A stretch of DNA of 64,000 bases. It comes from Terriglobia bacterium. Lineage in GTDB: Bacteria > Acidobacteriota > Terriglobia > JAJPHL01 > JAPKYU01. The DNA is taken from positions 64,001 to 128,000 of the forward strand of contig CBDCVK010000002.1 of NCBI GenBank assembly GCA_965223005.1. Reading direction: 5' to 3'. Below, in pieces: positions 30,397 through 39,356 of the stretch. Made by a program: the position numbers and the translations under genes. The notes below the pieces were generated by a model. It was not told where the DNA came from and made no database searches. It was given only the letters and a program-made list of their open reading frames with translations. Within the stretch, counting starts at the first letter, position 1, and the number at the start of each line of letters is the position of its first letter.

Positions 30397-30473
30397 TGGC
30401 GCGCCCGGAGAGACTCGAACTCCCGACCTACTGGTTCGTAGCCAGTCGCTCTATCCAACTGAGCTACGGGCGC
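30397..30473 (-). tRNA. tRNA-Arg(ACG)
   Basis: GCGCCCGTAGCTCAGTTGGATAGAGCGACTGGCTACGAACCAGTAGGTCGGGAGTTCGAGTCTCTCCGGGCGCGCCA; 77 nt cloverleaf with encoded CCA. Confidence 0.97.
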
Positions 30474-30592
30474 GCGCCAACCAGTCTACCGATGTGCCGA
30501 CCATCAAGTCAATCTTGGCGGGCCTGCGGGGATTCGGACGTAGAAATCCAAGACCAGTATCCGTCGCGGAATGTGCAGCTTCCGATAGCTAG

Positions 30593-32085
30593 CAGCCCGT
30601 GTCTAAACCGGCCTTTGGGCCGGCCTCTTTTTCAGGCGGGGCAAGTGAAGAGCAAAGCCGTGAATTTGACCGTTGCACCAGGATAGGGGCGTGGGGGATT
30701 CGGGGTGGGCCATTCTTGTGGCAGTGATCCAGAAAACGAGCAAAAACAGCTCGGTGATGCGGTCTTGCAGGCCTCGCGGGGTTCCCGCCCCCAGCAGCTG
30801 GCGCAAAACTAGCGCCAGGTTGCAGGCTGCTGCCTGCAGCAACAGTTTCTTTTGCACGTTTATCTTCCCACGGACATACAAGCGTCTCATCCTGCCCGTC
30901 TCATACATGTGCGCAAACGGACGCTCCAGCATCTCCCCACGTTTCCGCAGCAGCGCCTTCCCTCGCTGCCCCGTCACCCGCCGCCGATTGCGGTAGACCG
31001 CCGCCTTCTGCTCTTCCTTGCCCGTCCATTGCCGCCGTCCCCGCTCCGGCTCCGCAATGTAGGTCCGCACCTCCATCGCCTGCATCTCTGCCAGCACTTC
31101 CCCACTGTGATACCCCTTGTCGGCCACCACCTCTTCCACCCCGTCTGCGTTCACCACAAACTCCCCTTCGGCCGTGGGTGTCGCGATCTGCTCGCCCACC
31201 GCCGCGCCGGCCGCCGGCAGGGTCTGCTGAACCGATTCCGTGTCGCCGGTCGCTCCCCCGTGCGCCGTCAGCGCCACAATCGCCCCAGTCTCCATGTCCA
31301 CCGCATGCTCGGCCTTGTAAGCCAGTGCCGTGCGCCCGTCCTTCATCCGGGTGATCTCCGCTTCCCGATCATGTGGGTTCACCCACTTCGCATTGGACAT
31401 CTTCTTCGGTCGGCAGCGGTCCATCCTCCGCAGCGCCGCTGCATCCTGGGCTTCGATCCCTTCGGCCTCCGCCAACCGCTTCAGGTACTCCGTATAGCTT
31501 TCCCCGCTGTCCCGCCGCATGATCGACCTCATGGCCGCGTTGGCTTCCAGCGTGGTGGCGTCAATGCCGATCGTCTTGCCCTTCAGCAGGCCCCGTTCGG
31601 CCACCAGCCGCAGCACCCATCCAAACACTTCCTGGTGCGTCGGCTCGTCCATCAGCCGCCGCGTGCGCGAGATCGTCACATGATCCGGCGTCTGTTCATC
31701 CAGCCCAATCTGCAAAAACTGCCGCAAACTCAAGGAATCGGCCACCCGCCAGGCGATGCCTCGCTCGCTGTCGATCCCCTCGAAGAAGCCGATCAGCATC
31801 AACCGGAAGTACATCCCCGGCGGCAACGACGGTCGGCCCAGCCGCTCGTGGTAGAACTGCCGGCACCGACTCTCGCAGAATCGATCAAAATCGGCTTCCT
31901 CCAACAGTTGGTGCAGCCGCCGGTAGAACGGGTGTCCGGGCGCCTCGGCCAACTCTGCCCGATACCACAGCGGCTCTTGTCGCTGACGATGCTTGCGCGT
32001 TCCCATGGCCATGGCCCGATTGTAAGTAAGAACATTTCCGAAGTAACATGTTTCTTCCCCATCTGGCGATTTTAGACACGGGCTG
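30593..32085 (-). mobile_element. IS1182-family insertion sequence (1493 bp)
   Basis: Perfect 15-bp IRs CAGCCCGTGTCTAAA / TTTAGACACGGGCTG flanked by CTAG at 30589-30592 and 32086-32089. Confidence 0.92.
30603..32012 (-). CDS. IS1182-family DDE transposase (DUF772 N-domain)
   Basis: GRPSLPP, SERGI, PDHVTISR, IDATTLEANA, ADKGY, ERPFAH, AACNL. Confidence 0.92.
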   Translation of the reverse strand: MAMGTRKHRQRQEPLWYRAELAEAPGHPFYRRLHQLLEEADFDRFCESRCRQFYHERLGRPSLPPGMYFRLMLIGFFEGIDSERGIAWRVADSLSLRQFLQIGLDEQTPDHVTISRTRRLMDEPTHQEVFGWVLRLVAERGLLKGKTIGIDATTLEANAAMRSIMRRDSGESYTEYLKRLAEAEGIEAQDAAALRRMDRCRPKKMSNAKWVNPHDREAEITRMKDGRTALAYKAEHAVDMETGAIVALTAHGGATGDTESVQQTLPAAGAAVGEQIATPTAEGEFVVNADGVEEVVADKGYHSGEVLAEMQAMEVRTYIAEPERGRRQWTGKEEQKAAVYRNRRRVTGQRGKALLRKRGEMLERPFAHMYETGRMRRLYVRGKINVQKKLLLQAAACNLALVLRQLLGAGTPRGLQDRITELFLLVFWITATRMAHPESPTPLSWCNGQIHGFALHLPRLKKRPAQRPV

Positions 32086-32196
32086 CTAGGCTAATGAAGG
32101 GTGTGGCGATCTGAACTTGACCCAATAGGACACCTGGATGTACACTTGCGAGTAAGGGGAGGAGTTCAAATCGAAGTTTCAGCCGGAGCTGAGGAG

Positions 32197-34773
32197 ATGT
32201 TGGTGAACACAATGTTGGGCGGACAGAAAAGACGATGGGCGGTCCTGTTGGTTGGGGCCGTTCTGGGCCTGTCGAGCGCTTCCCAGGCCGGGCCTGCCCC
32301 TCCCAAACTGCGGTCCTTGCGATTGATACCGCAGGATCGAACACTGTGGGGAGCGAAGGCATCCCAGCATTTCCTGGTCATTGGGAAATACAGCGATGGT
32401 CTGGAGCGAGACGTTACCGCCGAGAGCCGGTTCTCGATTTCTGATTCCAAGGTGGCGAAGGTGGATGCCGAGGGGCGAGTGGTGGCGCTGGCCGACGGAG
32501 CGGCGGTCTTGACGGCGTCGTTGGAAGGCCGGTCGGTCAAGACCGACGTTCGGGTAGCGGGCTCGCAGGAGATCCGCCCGTTCAGCTTCGCCCGTGATAT
32601 TGGCGGAATCCTTACCAAGCGCGGCTGCAACGACAGCTCCTGCCACGGGGGTGTGAAGGGAAAGGGCGGATTCAAACTGTCTCTGAACGCGCTCTACGCG
32701 CGCGATGACTACCAGTGGATTGTGGAAGGGGGGACGTTCCAGGTCCTGACCACGGAGGCGGGTGAAAAAGTCCCGCGGGTCAACCTGAAGGAGCCTGAGA
32801 AGAGCCTGCTGTTGATGAAAGCGACGATGGGTGTTTCGCACGGAGGCGGGCAGCCATTGCGTCCGAACTCGGCTGATTATGAAACGATCCTGAACTGGGT
32901 GCGGAACGGTGCGCCGTTCGGTGAGGAAGGCGACAAGGAGGGCGTGCGGGTGGTACGGGTCGGGCTAGAGCCGCTTGAATTAGTGCTGGCTCCGGAGGGC
33001 AAGCACCGGCTGCTGGTGACCGCTCACCTCTCGAATGGCCAACAAGAGGACATCAGCGACCAGGTTCTGTACGCCTCGAACAACTCCGAGGTGGTGAAGG
33101 TGGATCAGCAAGGCCAGGTGGCTGCGGTGCGGACGGGGGAAACTTCCGTGATGGTTCGAGCGGCAGGGTTTGCGACGAGCACCAGCGTCGGCGTGATTGG
33201 CAAACCGATCGCGCGGTATCCGAAAGTGCCGCACAACAACTTCATCGACGACTACGTATTCGCCAAGCTGAAGAAGTTCAACATTATCCCTTCCAAGCTT
33301 TCCAGTGATACGGAGTTCCTGCGTCGCGTCTGCCTGGACCTGACCGGGGTCTTGCCGCCGCCGGAGCGTGTGCGCGAGTTTGCGGCCAGCAGAGATCGGC
33401 GAAAACGGCAGAAGGTAGTGGAAGTTCTGCTGAACACGCCGGAATTCGTGGACTTCTGGACCTACCGCTTTGCCGACGTGTTCCGCGTGGCCCGATACGC
33501 GAACCAGATTAACCCGCGATCGGCACAGGCGTATTTTGAATGGATTCGCGAGAGCATCGCCGCGAACAAACCCTATGACCAGATCGCCCGCGAGCGAATT
33601 GCCGCGCAAGGTGCTGGCGCTGCCGCCGCCCATTACTTTCCTGCGGGAGAAGAGCGGAACCCAGAGCAGAAGATGGGCGAGCAGGTGCGCGTCTTCCTGG
33701 GCCGGAGATTCGATTGCGCGCAGTGCCACAATCACCCCTTCGAGACCTGGAGCCAGGACCAGTTTTGGGGCCTGACTGCGTTCTTCGGCCGGATGAGTGG
33801 GGTAAAGTTTGGTCCACAGGATAGCAATCTGCACGGTTCGGTGCTCTTCGACGATCCGGCCGGCCAGGAAGTCGACTATGGCCAGACGGGAAGGAACAGG
33901 TTTGTGACGCATCCGCGGACCAAGGCGGTGGTTCAGCCGACTTTCCTCGACGGCCAACAGCTGCCGGAGTCAGAGCGGGCGGACCTGCGCTGGAAACTGG
34001 CCGAGTGGATGACCTCGCATCCTTACTTTGCCGAAGCCTCCGTCAACCGCGTGTGGGGATATTTCTTCGGGAGGGGGATCGTCGATGCGGTGGATGATTT
34101 TCGGTCCACGAATCCGCCAACCCACCCGGATCTTCTGGAAGCGCTCGCCAAGGACTTCCGAGAGGGCGGTCACGATCTCAAGCGTCTGATGCGAACCATC
34201 GTCAACTCCCGGACCTATCAGCTCTCCAGGCTGCCGAACGAGACGAACGCTGATGACCGCATCAACTACTCACGCTTCATCCCCAGGCAGCTTGACGCCG
34301 AAGTGTTGCTCGATGCCATCTCCTCGGCCACCGGGGTTCTCGAGCCGTTGCGTCACGGCTCGAAGCAGCATCTGCCGGGCACCCTGCCTCCAGGGTCTCG
34401 TCCGATCCATATGGTTGAGCCTGATGTTTATCCCATACGGTTCCTCGAAGTGTATGGGCTCCCGAGCCGGATGGCAGTTCCGGAACGGAAAAACAAAAGC
34501 AACCTGCAGCAAGCCCTGCATATGCTGGCCGGAAACACCTACACCGAGAAGCTTGCGAAAGAGGGCGGGCGCATGGACCGCCTGTTGAAGAGTGGATCCT
34601 CCGACGCGAAGATCATCGAGGAGCTTTACCTTGCTGCCTTGTCGCGCTTTCCTTCGGATGCCGAACAGAAGGATGTGCAGCAGTGGATCAGCACCAGAGC
34701 TTCGCGGCCGGAGGCCATCCGAAACATCGTCTGGGCCGTGATCAGCTCCAGGGAGTTTGTCACCAACCACTGA
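32197..34773 (+). CDS. DUF1549/DUF1553 protein with Ig-like (Big_2) domains
   Basis: Signal peptide; GCNDSSCHGG, CAQCHNHP, NRVWGYFFGRG, NPPTHPDLL; start may be 32197, 32203 or 32212. Confidence 0.9.
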   Translation: MLVNTMLGGQKRRWAVLLVGAVLGLSSASQAGPAPPKLRSLRLIPQDRTLWGAKASQHFLVIGKYSDGLERDVTAESRFSISDSKVAKVDAEGRVVALADGAAVLTASLEGRSVKTDVRVAGSQEIRPFSFARDIGGILTKRGCNDSSCHGGVKGKGGFKLSLNALYARDDYQWIVEGGTFQVLTTEAGEKVPRVNLKEPEKSLLLMKATMGVSHGGGQPLRPNSADYETILNWVRNGAPFGEEGDKEGVRVVRVGLEPLELVLAPEGKHRLLVTAHLSNGQQEDISDQVLYASNNSEVVKVDQQGQVAAVRTGETSVMVRAAGFATSTSVGVIGKPIARYPKVPHNNFIDDYVFAKLKKFNIIPSKLSSDTEFLRRVCLDLTGVLPPPERVREFAASRDRRKRQKVVEVLLNTPEFVDFWTYRFADVFRVARYANQINPRSAQAYFEWIRESIAANKPYDQIARERIAAQGAGAAAAHYFPAGEERNPEQKMGEQVRVFLGRRFDCAQCHNHPFETWSQDQFWGLTAFFGRMSGVKFGPQDSNLHGSVLFDDPAGQEVDYGQTGRNRFVTHPRTKAVVQPTFLDGQQLPESERADLRWKLAEWMTSHPYFAEASVNRVWGYFFGRGIVDAVDDFRSTNPPTHPDLLEALAKDFREGGHDLKRLMRTIVNSRTYQLSRLPNETNADDRINYSRFIPRQLDAEVLLDAISSATGVLEPLRHGSKQHLPGTLPPGSRPIHMVEPDVYPIRFLEVYGLPSRMAVPERKNKSNLQQALHMLAGNTYTEKLAKEGGRMDRLLKSGSSDAKIIEELYLAALSRFPSDAEQKDVQQWISTRASRPEAIRNIVWAVISSREFVTNH

Positions 34774-34792
34774 GTAGATTCAGGAGAACGCC

Positions 34793-36103
34793 ATGAGCAA
34801 TACAGACTGGATGGGACATGCGAAACCGGGCATCGGACGCCGGGATTTTCTGCGCGTCGGCTCGCTGAGCTTTCTGGGGATCAGTCTGCGCAACTACCTG
34901 ATGGCCGCGGAAAACCTGGCGCCCAACGGTAAGGCCCAGGCCTGTATCCTGCTGTGGTTGGAGGGTGGTCCCAGCCAGGTCGACACCTGGGATCCCAAGC
35001 CGAACAGCTCGTTCAAGCCGATCTCCACCAATGTGCCGGGCATCCAGATTTCGGAGTTGTTGCCGAAAGTTTCGCGTCACATGGATAAGCTGGCGATTGT
35101 TCGCTCGCTGCATACGGAGGAGAACAATCATCCCCAGGCGACCCACTACGTGATCACCGGGCACCGACCCATCCCCGCCTTGCAGTTCCCCTCGGTGGGC
35201 TCGATCATTGCCCGGGAAATGGCCAAACGTAATCAGATCCCTCCCTACGTGATTACTGACCGCTTAGAGCAGGAATGGTTCTTCAAGGCCTTCTATCTCG
35301 GTGCGGAGTACGAACCGATGGTGGTTCCCAATCCGAGCCGTCCCGATTTCGCGGTGCCCGATCTGAGCCTGCCCAAATCGGTTTCGGAGAAGGTGATTGA
35401 GGACCGGCTTTCGACTCTCAAGGTCGTGGACCGGCTGTATCGCGAGAAGGTCCAGCAAGCGGAGTTCGCCAAGATGGACCGCTTCACCGAGGCGGCCTGG
35501 AAGATGATCCTTTCTCCCAAGGTGAAAGACGCCTTTGACATGTCCAAAGAGCCGGAGAAGCTCAAGGACGCCTACGGCCGCAATGGGTTCGGACAGGGCG
35601 CGCTGTTGGCGCGACGGCTGGTCGAGGCCGGCGCCCGTTTCGTGACTGCGGCCGGGTACAAGAACAATCAGTGGGACACGCACGGCGACAACGACAAACG
35701 CCACCGCGACACCCTCACGCCCCCCTTGGATCAGGCCCTTTCGGCTCTGCTGGAAGACCTCGATCAGCGCGGCTTGCTGGAATCGACCGTCGTCATTGCG
35801 ATGGGCGAATTTGGCCGCACGCCCCACATCAACCCCGAGCACGGCCGGGACCATTGGCCGGAATGCTGGTCTGTGGTGCTGGGAGGTGGCGGAATTCGGG
35901 GTGGGCAGATCATCGGAGCCAGCGACGAACGAGGCGCGTACGTGGCCGATCGCATGGTCACCATGGGCGACATTTACGCGACGATCTACAAGGCCTTCGG
36001 AATTGACTGGGAGAAAACCTACATGACGCCCATTGGGCGTCCGGTCAAGATCGCCAACTCCATTGATGACAAGACCGGCGTGCCGATCAAGGAACTGGTC
36101 TGA
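34793..36103 (+). CDS. DUF1501 domain protein (Tat-exported)
   Basis: GRRDFL; GGPSQVDTWDPKP; WDTH; GEFGRTP; GRDHW; AGGAG RBS. Confidence 0.92.
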   Translation: MSNTDWMGHAKPGIGRRDFLRVGSLSFLGISLRNYLMAAENLAPNGKAQACILLWLEGGPSQVDTWDPKPNSSFKPISTNVPGIQISELLPKVSRHMDKLAIVRSLHTEENNHPQATHYVITGHRPIPALQFPSVGSIIAREMAKRNQIPPYVITDRLEQEWFFKAFYLGAEYEPMVVPNPSRPDFAVPDLSLPKSVSEKVIEDRLSTLKVVDRLYREKVQQAEFAKMDRFTEAAWKMILSPKVKDAFDMSKEPEKLKDAYGRNGFGQGALLARRLVEAGARFVTAAGYKNNQWDTHGDNDKRHRDTLTPPLDQALSALLEDLDQRGLLESTVVIAMGEFGRTPHINPEHGRDHWPECWSVVLGGGGIRGGQIIGASDERGAYVADRMVTMGDIYATIYKAFGIDWEKTYMTPIGRPVKIANSIDDKTGVPIKELV

Positions 36104-36109
36104 GGCCAA

Positions 36110-36310
36110 TGTCTGGCTGGTAGTTAGACACAGGGACCTGCCACGACGAGTCTGAGTCTGCCAGAGGGCCAAACTCACCCGGATCATTGAGACGCAAATT
36201 CTCCGGACAGAGAAGTGTGTGTCTCACGGCCAACCTGAGGGAGAGTGTCGTGTGACGGCTTGTGAGTTGGCTCCCCAGTTCCCCAATCGGGAACTGGCCA
36301 TAGCCAGACA
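36110..36310. other. candidate MITE or structured non-coding element
   Basis: 9-bp IR TGTCTGGCT / AGCCAGACA with TG...CA ends; two internal hairpins; no target duplication seen. Confidence 0.35.
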
Positions 36311-36429
36311 GCATTGCGTAGCCCACGGTGGCCGAGTTTTTGGAACTGAAAGAACGAAATCCGCGTCTGAATAGAGTGGAAACTACTAAATTATTCTTCC
36401 CATTACGGGAAACCCGGCGAGCGACGGCA

Positions 36430-36708
36430 ATGAACCTAGATACTGCTGGCGAATTCAGGTCGGCATTGGCTAGACTGAAAGTTCAAGTGAGCCGACCGGC
36501 ACTGCGCCGGAGCAGAACGCCGAAGCGCTCGGTGCTGTTACAACAAATCGAAGGTGCCCTGGAGCGGATCAACCAGGGTACGTATGGTATCTGCCACGGC
36601 TGCTTTCTGGTGATTCCCAGGAGCGAGCTATTGAAGCGTCCTTACGCAGATTACTGTGCCCGCTGCCAGTCCCGGCGGGTGCAGTCTGTGCCGCGCGGTC
36701 GCCGATAG
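36430..36708 (+). CDS. TraR/DksA C4-type zinc finger protein (short form)
   Basis: IEGALERINQGTYGICHGC...IP...RPYADYCARCQ. Confidence 0.8.
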   Translation: MNLDTAGEFRSALARLKVQVSRPALRRSRTPKRSVLLQQIEGALERINQGTYGICHGCFLVIPRSELLKRPYADYCARCQSRRVQSVPRGRR

Positions 36709-36710
36709 TC

Positions 36711-36941
36711 ATGAACTGGGCTCCCGTACGCATAGTGGCTGGACTGGTTCTGGTTGCCCTGGGACTGGTGGGTGCGTTACTGCCAGTCGTGCAGGGTTGG
36801 GTGTTCCTGGTCCCTGGCCTGGCTCTGCTGAGCCGGCATTTCCGTTGGGCGCGCCGGCTGCGCGCGGCGGCGCGAAATGCCCGCGCCGGATGGAGACGGC
36901 GCAAGCTTCGCCGTCGACTGCCCGCTAACCCTTCTCCTTGA
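36711..36941 (+). CDS. small membrane protein (PGPGW-like)
   Basis: [32 protein letters not shown] followed by a basic tail. Confidence 0.7.
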   Translation: MNWAPVRIVAGLVLVALGLVGALLPVVQGWVFLVPGLALLSRHFRWARRLRAAARNARAGWRRRKLRRRLPANPSP

Positions 36942-37051
36942 AACCCCCACTCTGCCCCCCTTTACTTTGTCTTGGCATACTGGGCCCGCAGCTCGATGCC
37001 GAAACGAACACTGTAGCTGTCCAAGAGTCCGCATGGGGTATAATTGCCGTG

Positions 37052-37426
37052 ATGAACACTGGCATCGTGCCCGAGCACAGGCTATTCGCCCCCCATTCGG
37101 GTCTGAGCAAGAAGATTAACCACAGCATCATCCAGTCGGAAATTGAGGGCGGTGTCTACTTGAACGCTGTACCAGAAGGAGCAACTCTGGAATTGCAGAC
37201 TCAGAATCGCCGGTACCGCATCTTGAATCAGGGGCAAGGCCAGGTGCTGATCTCCGGCCATCCCGAGTTTTGCCCCTCCCCACGTCCGGCCTCCATCCAC
37301 GGTTCCACCTGGGGGGGCTCCATGATCAAGCTGGGCTTCATCGGCCGGGGGATGCATCTGGAGTTTGCGCCGGCGGACGGCGAATTGGTCACCACCTCCC
37401 GCATCGTAGACCTCTGGGAAGTCTAA
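37052..37426 (+). CDS. hypothetical protein, probably leaderless
   Basis: Protein-like 124-aa frame ([22 protein letters not shown]); TATAAT at 37039-37044, 7 nt before the ATG; no SD. Confidence 0.7.
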   Translation: MNTGIVPEHRLFAPHSGLSKKINHSIIQSEIEGGVYLNAVPEGATLELQTQNRRYRILNQGQGQVLISGHPEFCPSPRPASIHGSTWGGSMIKLGFIGRGMHLEFAPADGELVTTSRIVDLWEV

Positions 37427-37564
37427 TAGTCTCGTTCAATAAACGCCCGGTCCCGCTTCGCGAGTCCCTGGACTGTTGCACCAGCTGATCGGTCAAGATA
37501 AAGCCAGGGTGCTCCGATCTCGTGCGCCGGTCTGTGGGAGCCGACCAGAGATGGAGATGCTAGA

Positions 37565-37822
37565 ATGGATGGAATGACCCCTGACCATCTAAGCTTGGGG
37601 GCACGACGAAGTACCCGCGTTCCCATGCGTGTTCCGGTACGACTGGGAATCAAGGAGGAGAAGGGAACGTTTCGGACGCTTGTTGCCTGGACGCTCGTGC
37701 TGAGTAAGCACGGTGCCAGAATCGAGAGCAAGCAGGCCTTGAATGTGAATCAGGAAGTCATCGTCACCGTGCTGCTCGGCGCAGCTACCTTTCGAGCGGC
37801 ACCCTGGCACGAAAAACGTTGA
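37565..37822 (+). pseudogene. PilZ-like domain protein, apparently 3'-truncated
   Basis: RRSTRV RxxxR motif and LSKHGARI; the family pattern is lost after about 37780. Confidence 0.6.
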
Positions 37823-37934
37823 CCGCAGCTTGGCTTCCGGTTTAGGGTAGGGTGGCTTTTTTAGGCCGCTTTTAGGTCAAAAGCGCCTTACTGCGCGTGG
37901 TTTGGCCGAAAGAACGCAAAGGAGAGGATTGCAA

Positions 37935-39194
37935 ATGCCGGGACCTGGAATGGAGTTCATCGGGGAAGAGGAAGTCCAGGAAGTGTTGGAGGTGATGAGA
38001 GGAGGGTACCTCTTTCGGTATGGGATCTCATTGGGCGCGCAAGTGGACCCCAGATTTCAGGGGAAGGTTTATCAATGCGAGCAGGAGATAGCGAAATACT
38101 CCAAGGTTCGCTATGCGGTAGCGGTCAATTCCGGAACGTCAGCTCTGCTGACGGCCCTGTGTGGGTTGGGGATTGGCCCGGGAGACGAAGTCATTGTGCC
38201 GGGGTTCACGTTCATAGCCAGTATTTCGTCAATCGTCTATGCAGGAGCCATCCCGGTACTGGCTGAAATTGATCGGACCTTCAATCTTGATCCCGGAGAC
38301 GTCAGAGCGAAAATTTCTCCACACACAAAAGCCATTATGGCCGTACATATGATGGGGAACCCGGCACGGCTGGACGAACTCAAGGCGATTGCGGACGAGC
38401 ACGGCCTGGTTCTGATTGAGGACTGCGCCCAGGCCTTTGGCGCTTCCTCGAAGGGCCGCCCTGTCGGGTCCATCGGCAAGGTGGGAACCTGCAGTTTCAA
38501 TGTTTACAAGACCATCACCTCCGGTGAAGGGGGTATGGTCATCACCGATGATGAGGAGCTTTACAAACGATGCTTCGCCTTCCACGATCAGGGCCATTCG
38601 CCCCTGCGCACGGGCGTCGAAATCGGGAAGCGCCCTTTTTTCGGTCTCGATTTTCGCTTCACTGAGCTGCAGGCAGCAGTCCTCTTGGCCCAACTCCGAA
38701 AACTCCCTCATATGGTGAGCCGTTTGCAGGCTAACAAGACGCGATATAAGGAACTGATCAGTGACCTACCTGGCCTCGAGTTCCGGGAGGTTCTCGATCC
38801 AAAAGGCGATTTGGCAACCATGCTGACGGTTATCCTCCCTACGGCGGAAGTCGCCGAGAAAATAGCCAAGGAGCTAAAAACCAAAGTAGCCGCTGAGGCG
38901 GGCTGGCATGTCTATAATAATATGGAGCAACTCATGGAGCTGCGGACGGCTAATGCCGTTCAATATCCGTTCACTTGTTTCCAGTATTACGCTAAAAATG
39001 GAAAGGAAATTCGCTACTGGAAGGGGATGCTGCCGCAAACGGACGCTCTGTTAGCACGGTCGTTGAACATTAGTATTGGCGTGCGCGACCCAGGTCTAAG
39101 TTCCGGGTTTGGTTTGACCGTCACCGATGACTTAGAGACGGTGGAAAAACATGCTTCCACGTTTCGTCGTACCGCAGAAAAGTATTTGAAATAA
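37935..39194 (+). CDS. DegT/DnrJ/EryC1/StrS family PLP aminotransferase
   Basis: NSGTSAL, GIGPGDEVIVP, IEDCAQA, SFNVYKTITSGEGG; GGAGAGG RBS. Confidence 0.92.
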   Translation: MPGPGMEFIGEEEVQEVLEVMRGGYLFRYGISLGAQVDPRFQGKVYQCEQEIAKYSKVRYAVAVNSGTSALLTALCGLGIGPGDEVIVPGFTFIASISSIVYAGAIPVLAEIDRTFNLDPGDVRAKISPHTKAIMAVHMMGNPARLDELKAIADEHGLVLIEDCAQAFGASSKGRPVGSIGKVGTCSFNVYKTITSGEGGMVITDDEELYKRCFAFHDQGHSPLRTGVEIGKRPFFGLDFRFTELQAAVLLAQLRKLPHMVSRLQANKTRYKELISDLPGLEFREVLDPKGDLATMLTVILPTAEVAEKIAKELKTKVAAEAGWHVYNNMEQLMELRTANAVQYPFTCFQYYAKNGKEIRYWKGMLPQTDALLARSLNISIGVRDPGLSSGFGLTVTDDLETVEKHASTFRRTAEKYLK

Positions 39195-39356
39195 GACATC
39201 GGCTGGAAATCTCCACATGCAAGACGACATTTCCCTGACGGGAAGTTTTGTGCGACACGCGTGTTTATGCTGCCGCATCGGCGGGGCGTGGTTTTACCAG
39301 CGGACCGATCCGGCTTGGCAATGGCTGGGCACTGGATTTCGCCAGTAGGAAGAAAA

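Noticed and set aside
30116-30592. 158-aa ORF spanning the tRNA
   Set aside because: Its [16 protein letters not shown] segment is the antisense translation of tRNA-Arg
30852-32075. 407-aa ORF antisense to the IS1182 transposase
   Set aside because: Shadow frame with no recognisable motifs
1418-32079. TTTAGACAC shared by the IS3 and IS1182 ends, as a composite transposon
   Set aside because: Different transposase families; a 9-bp coincidence, and each element has its own IR pair
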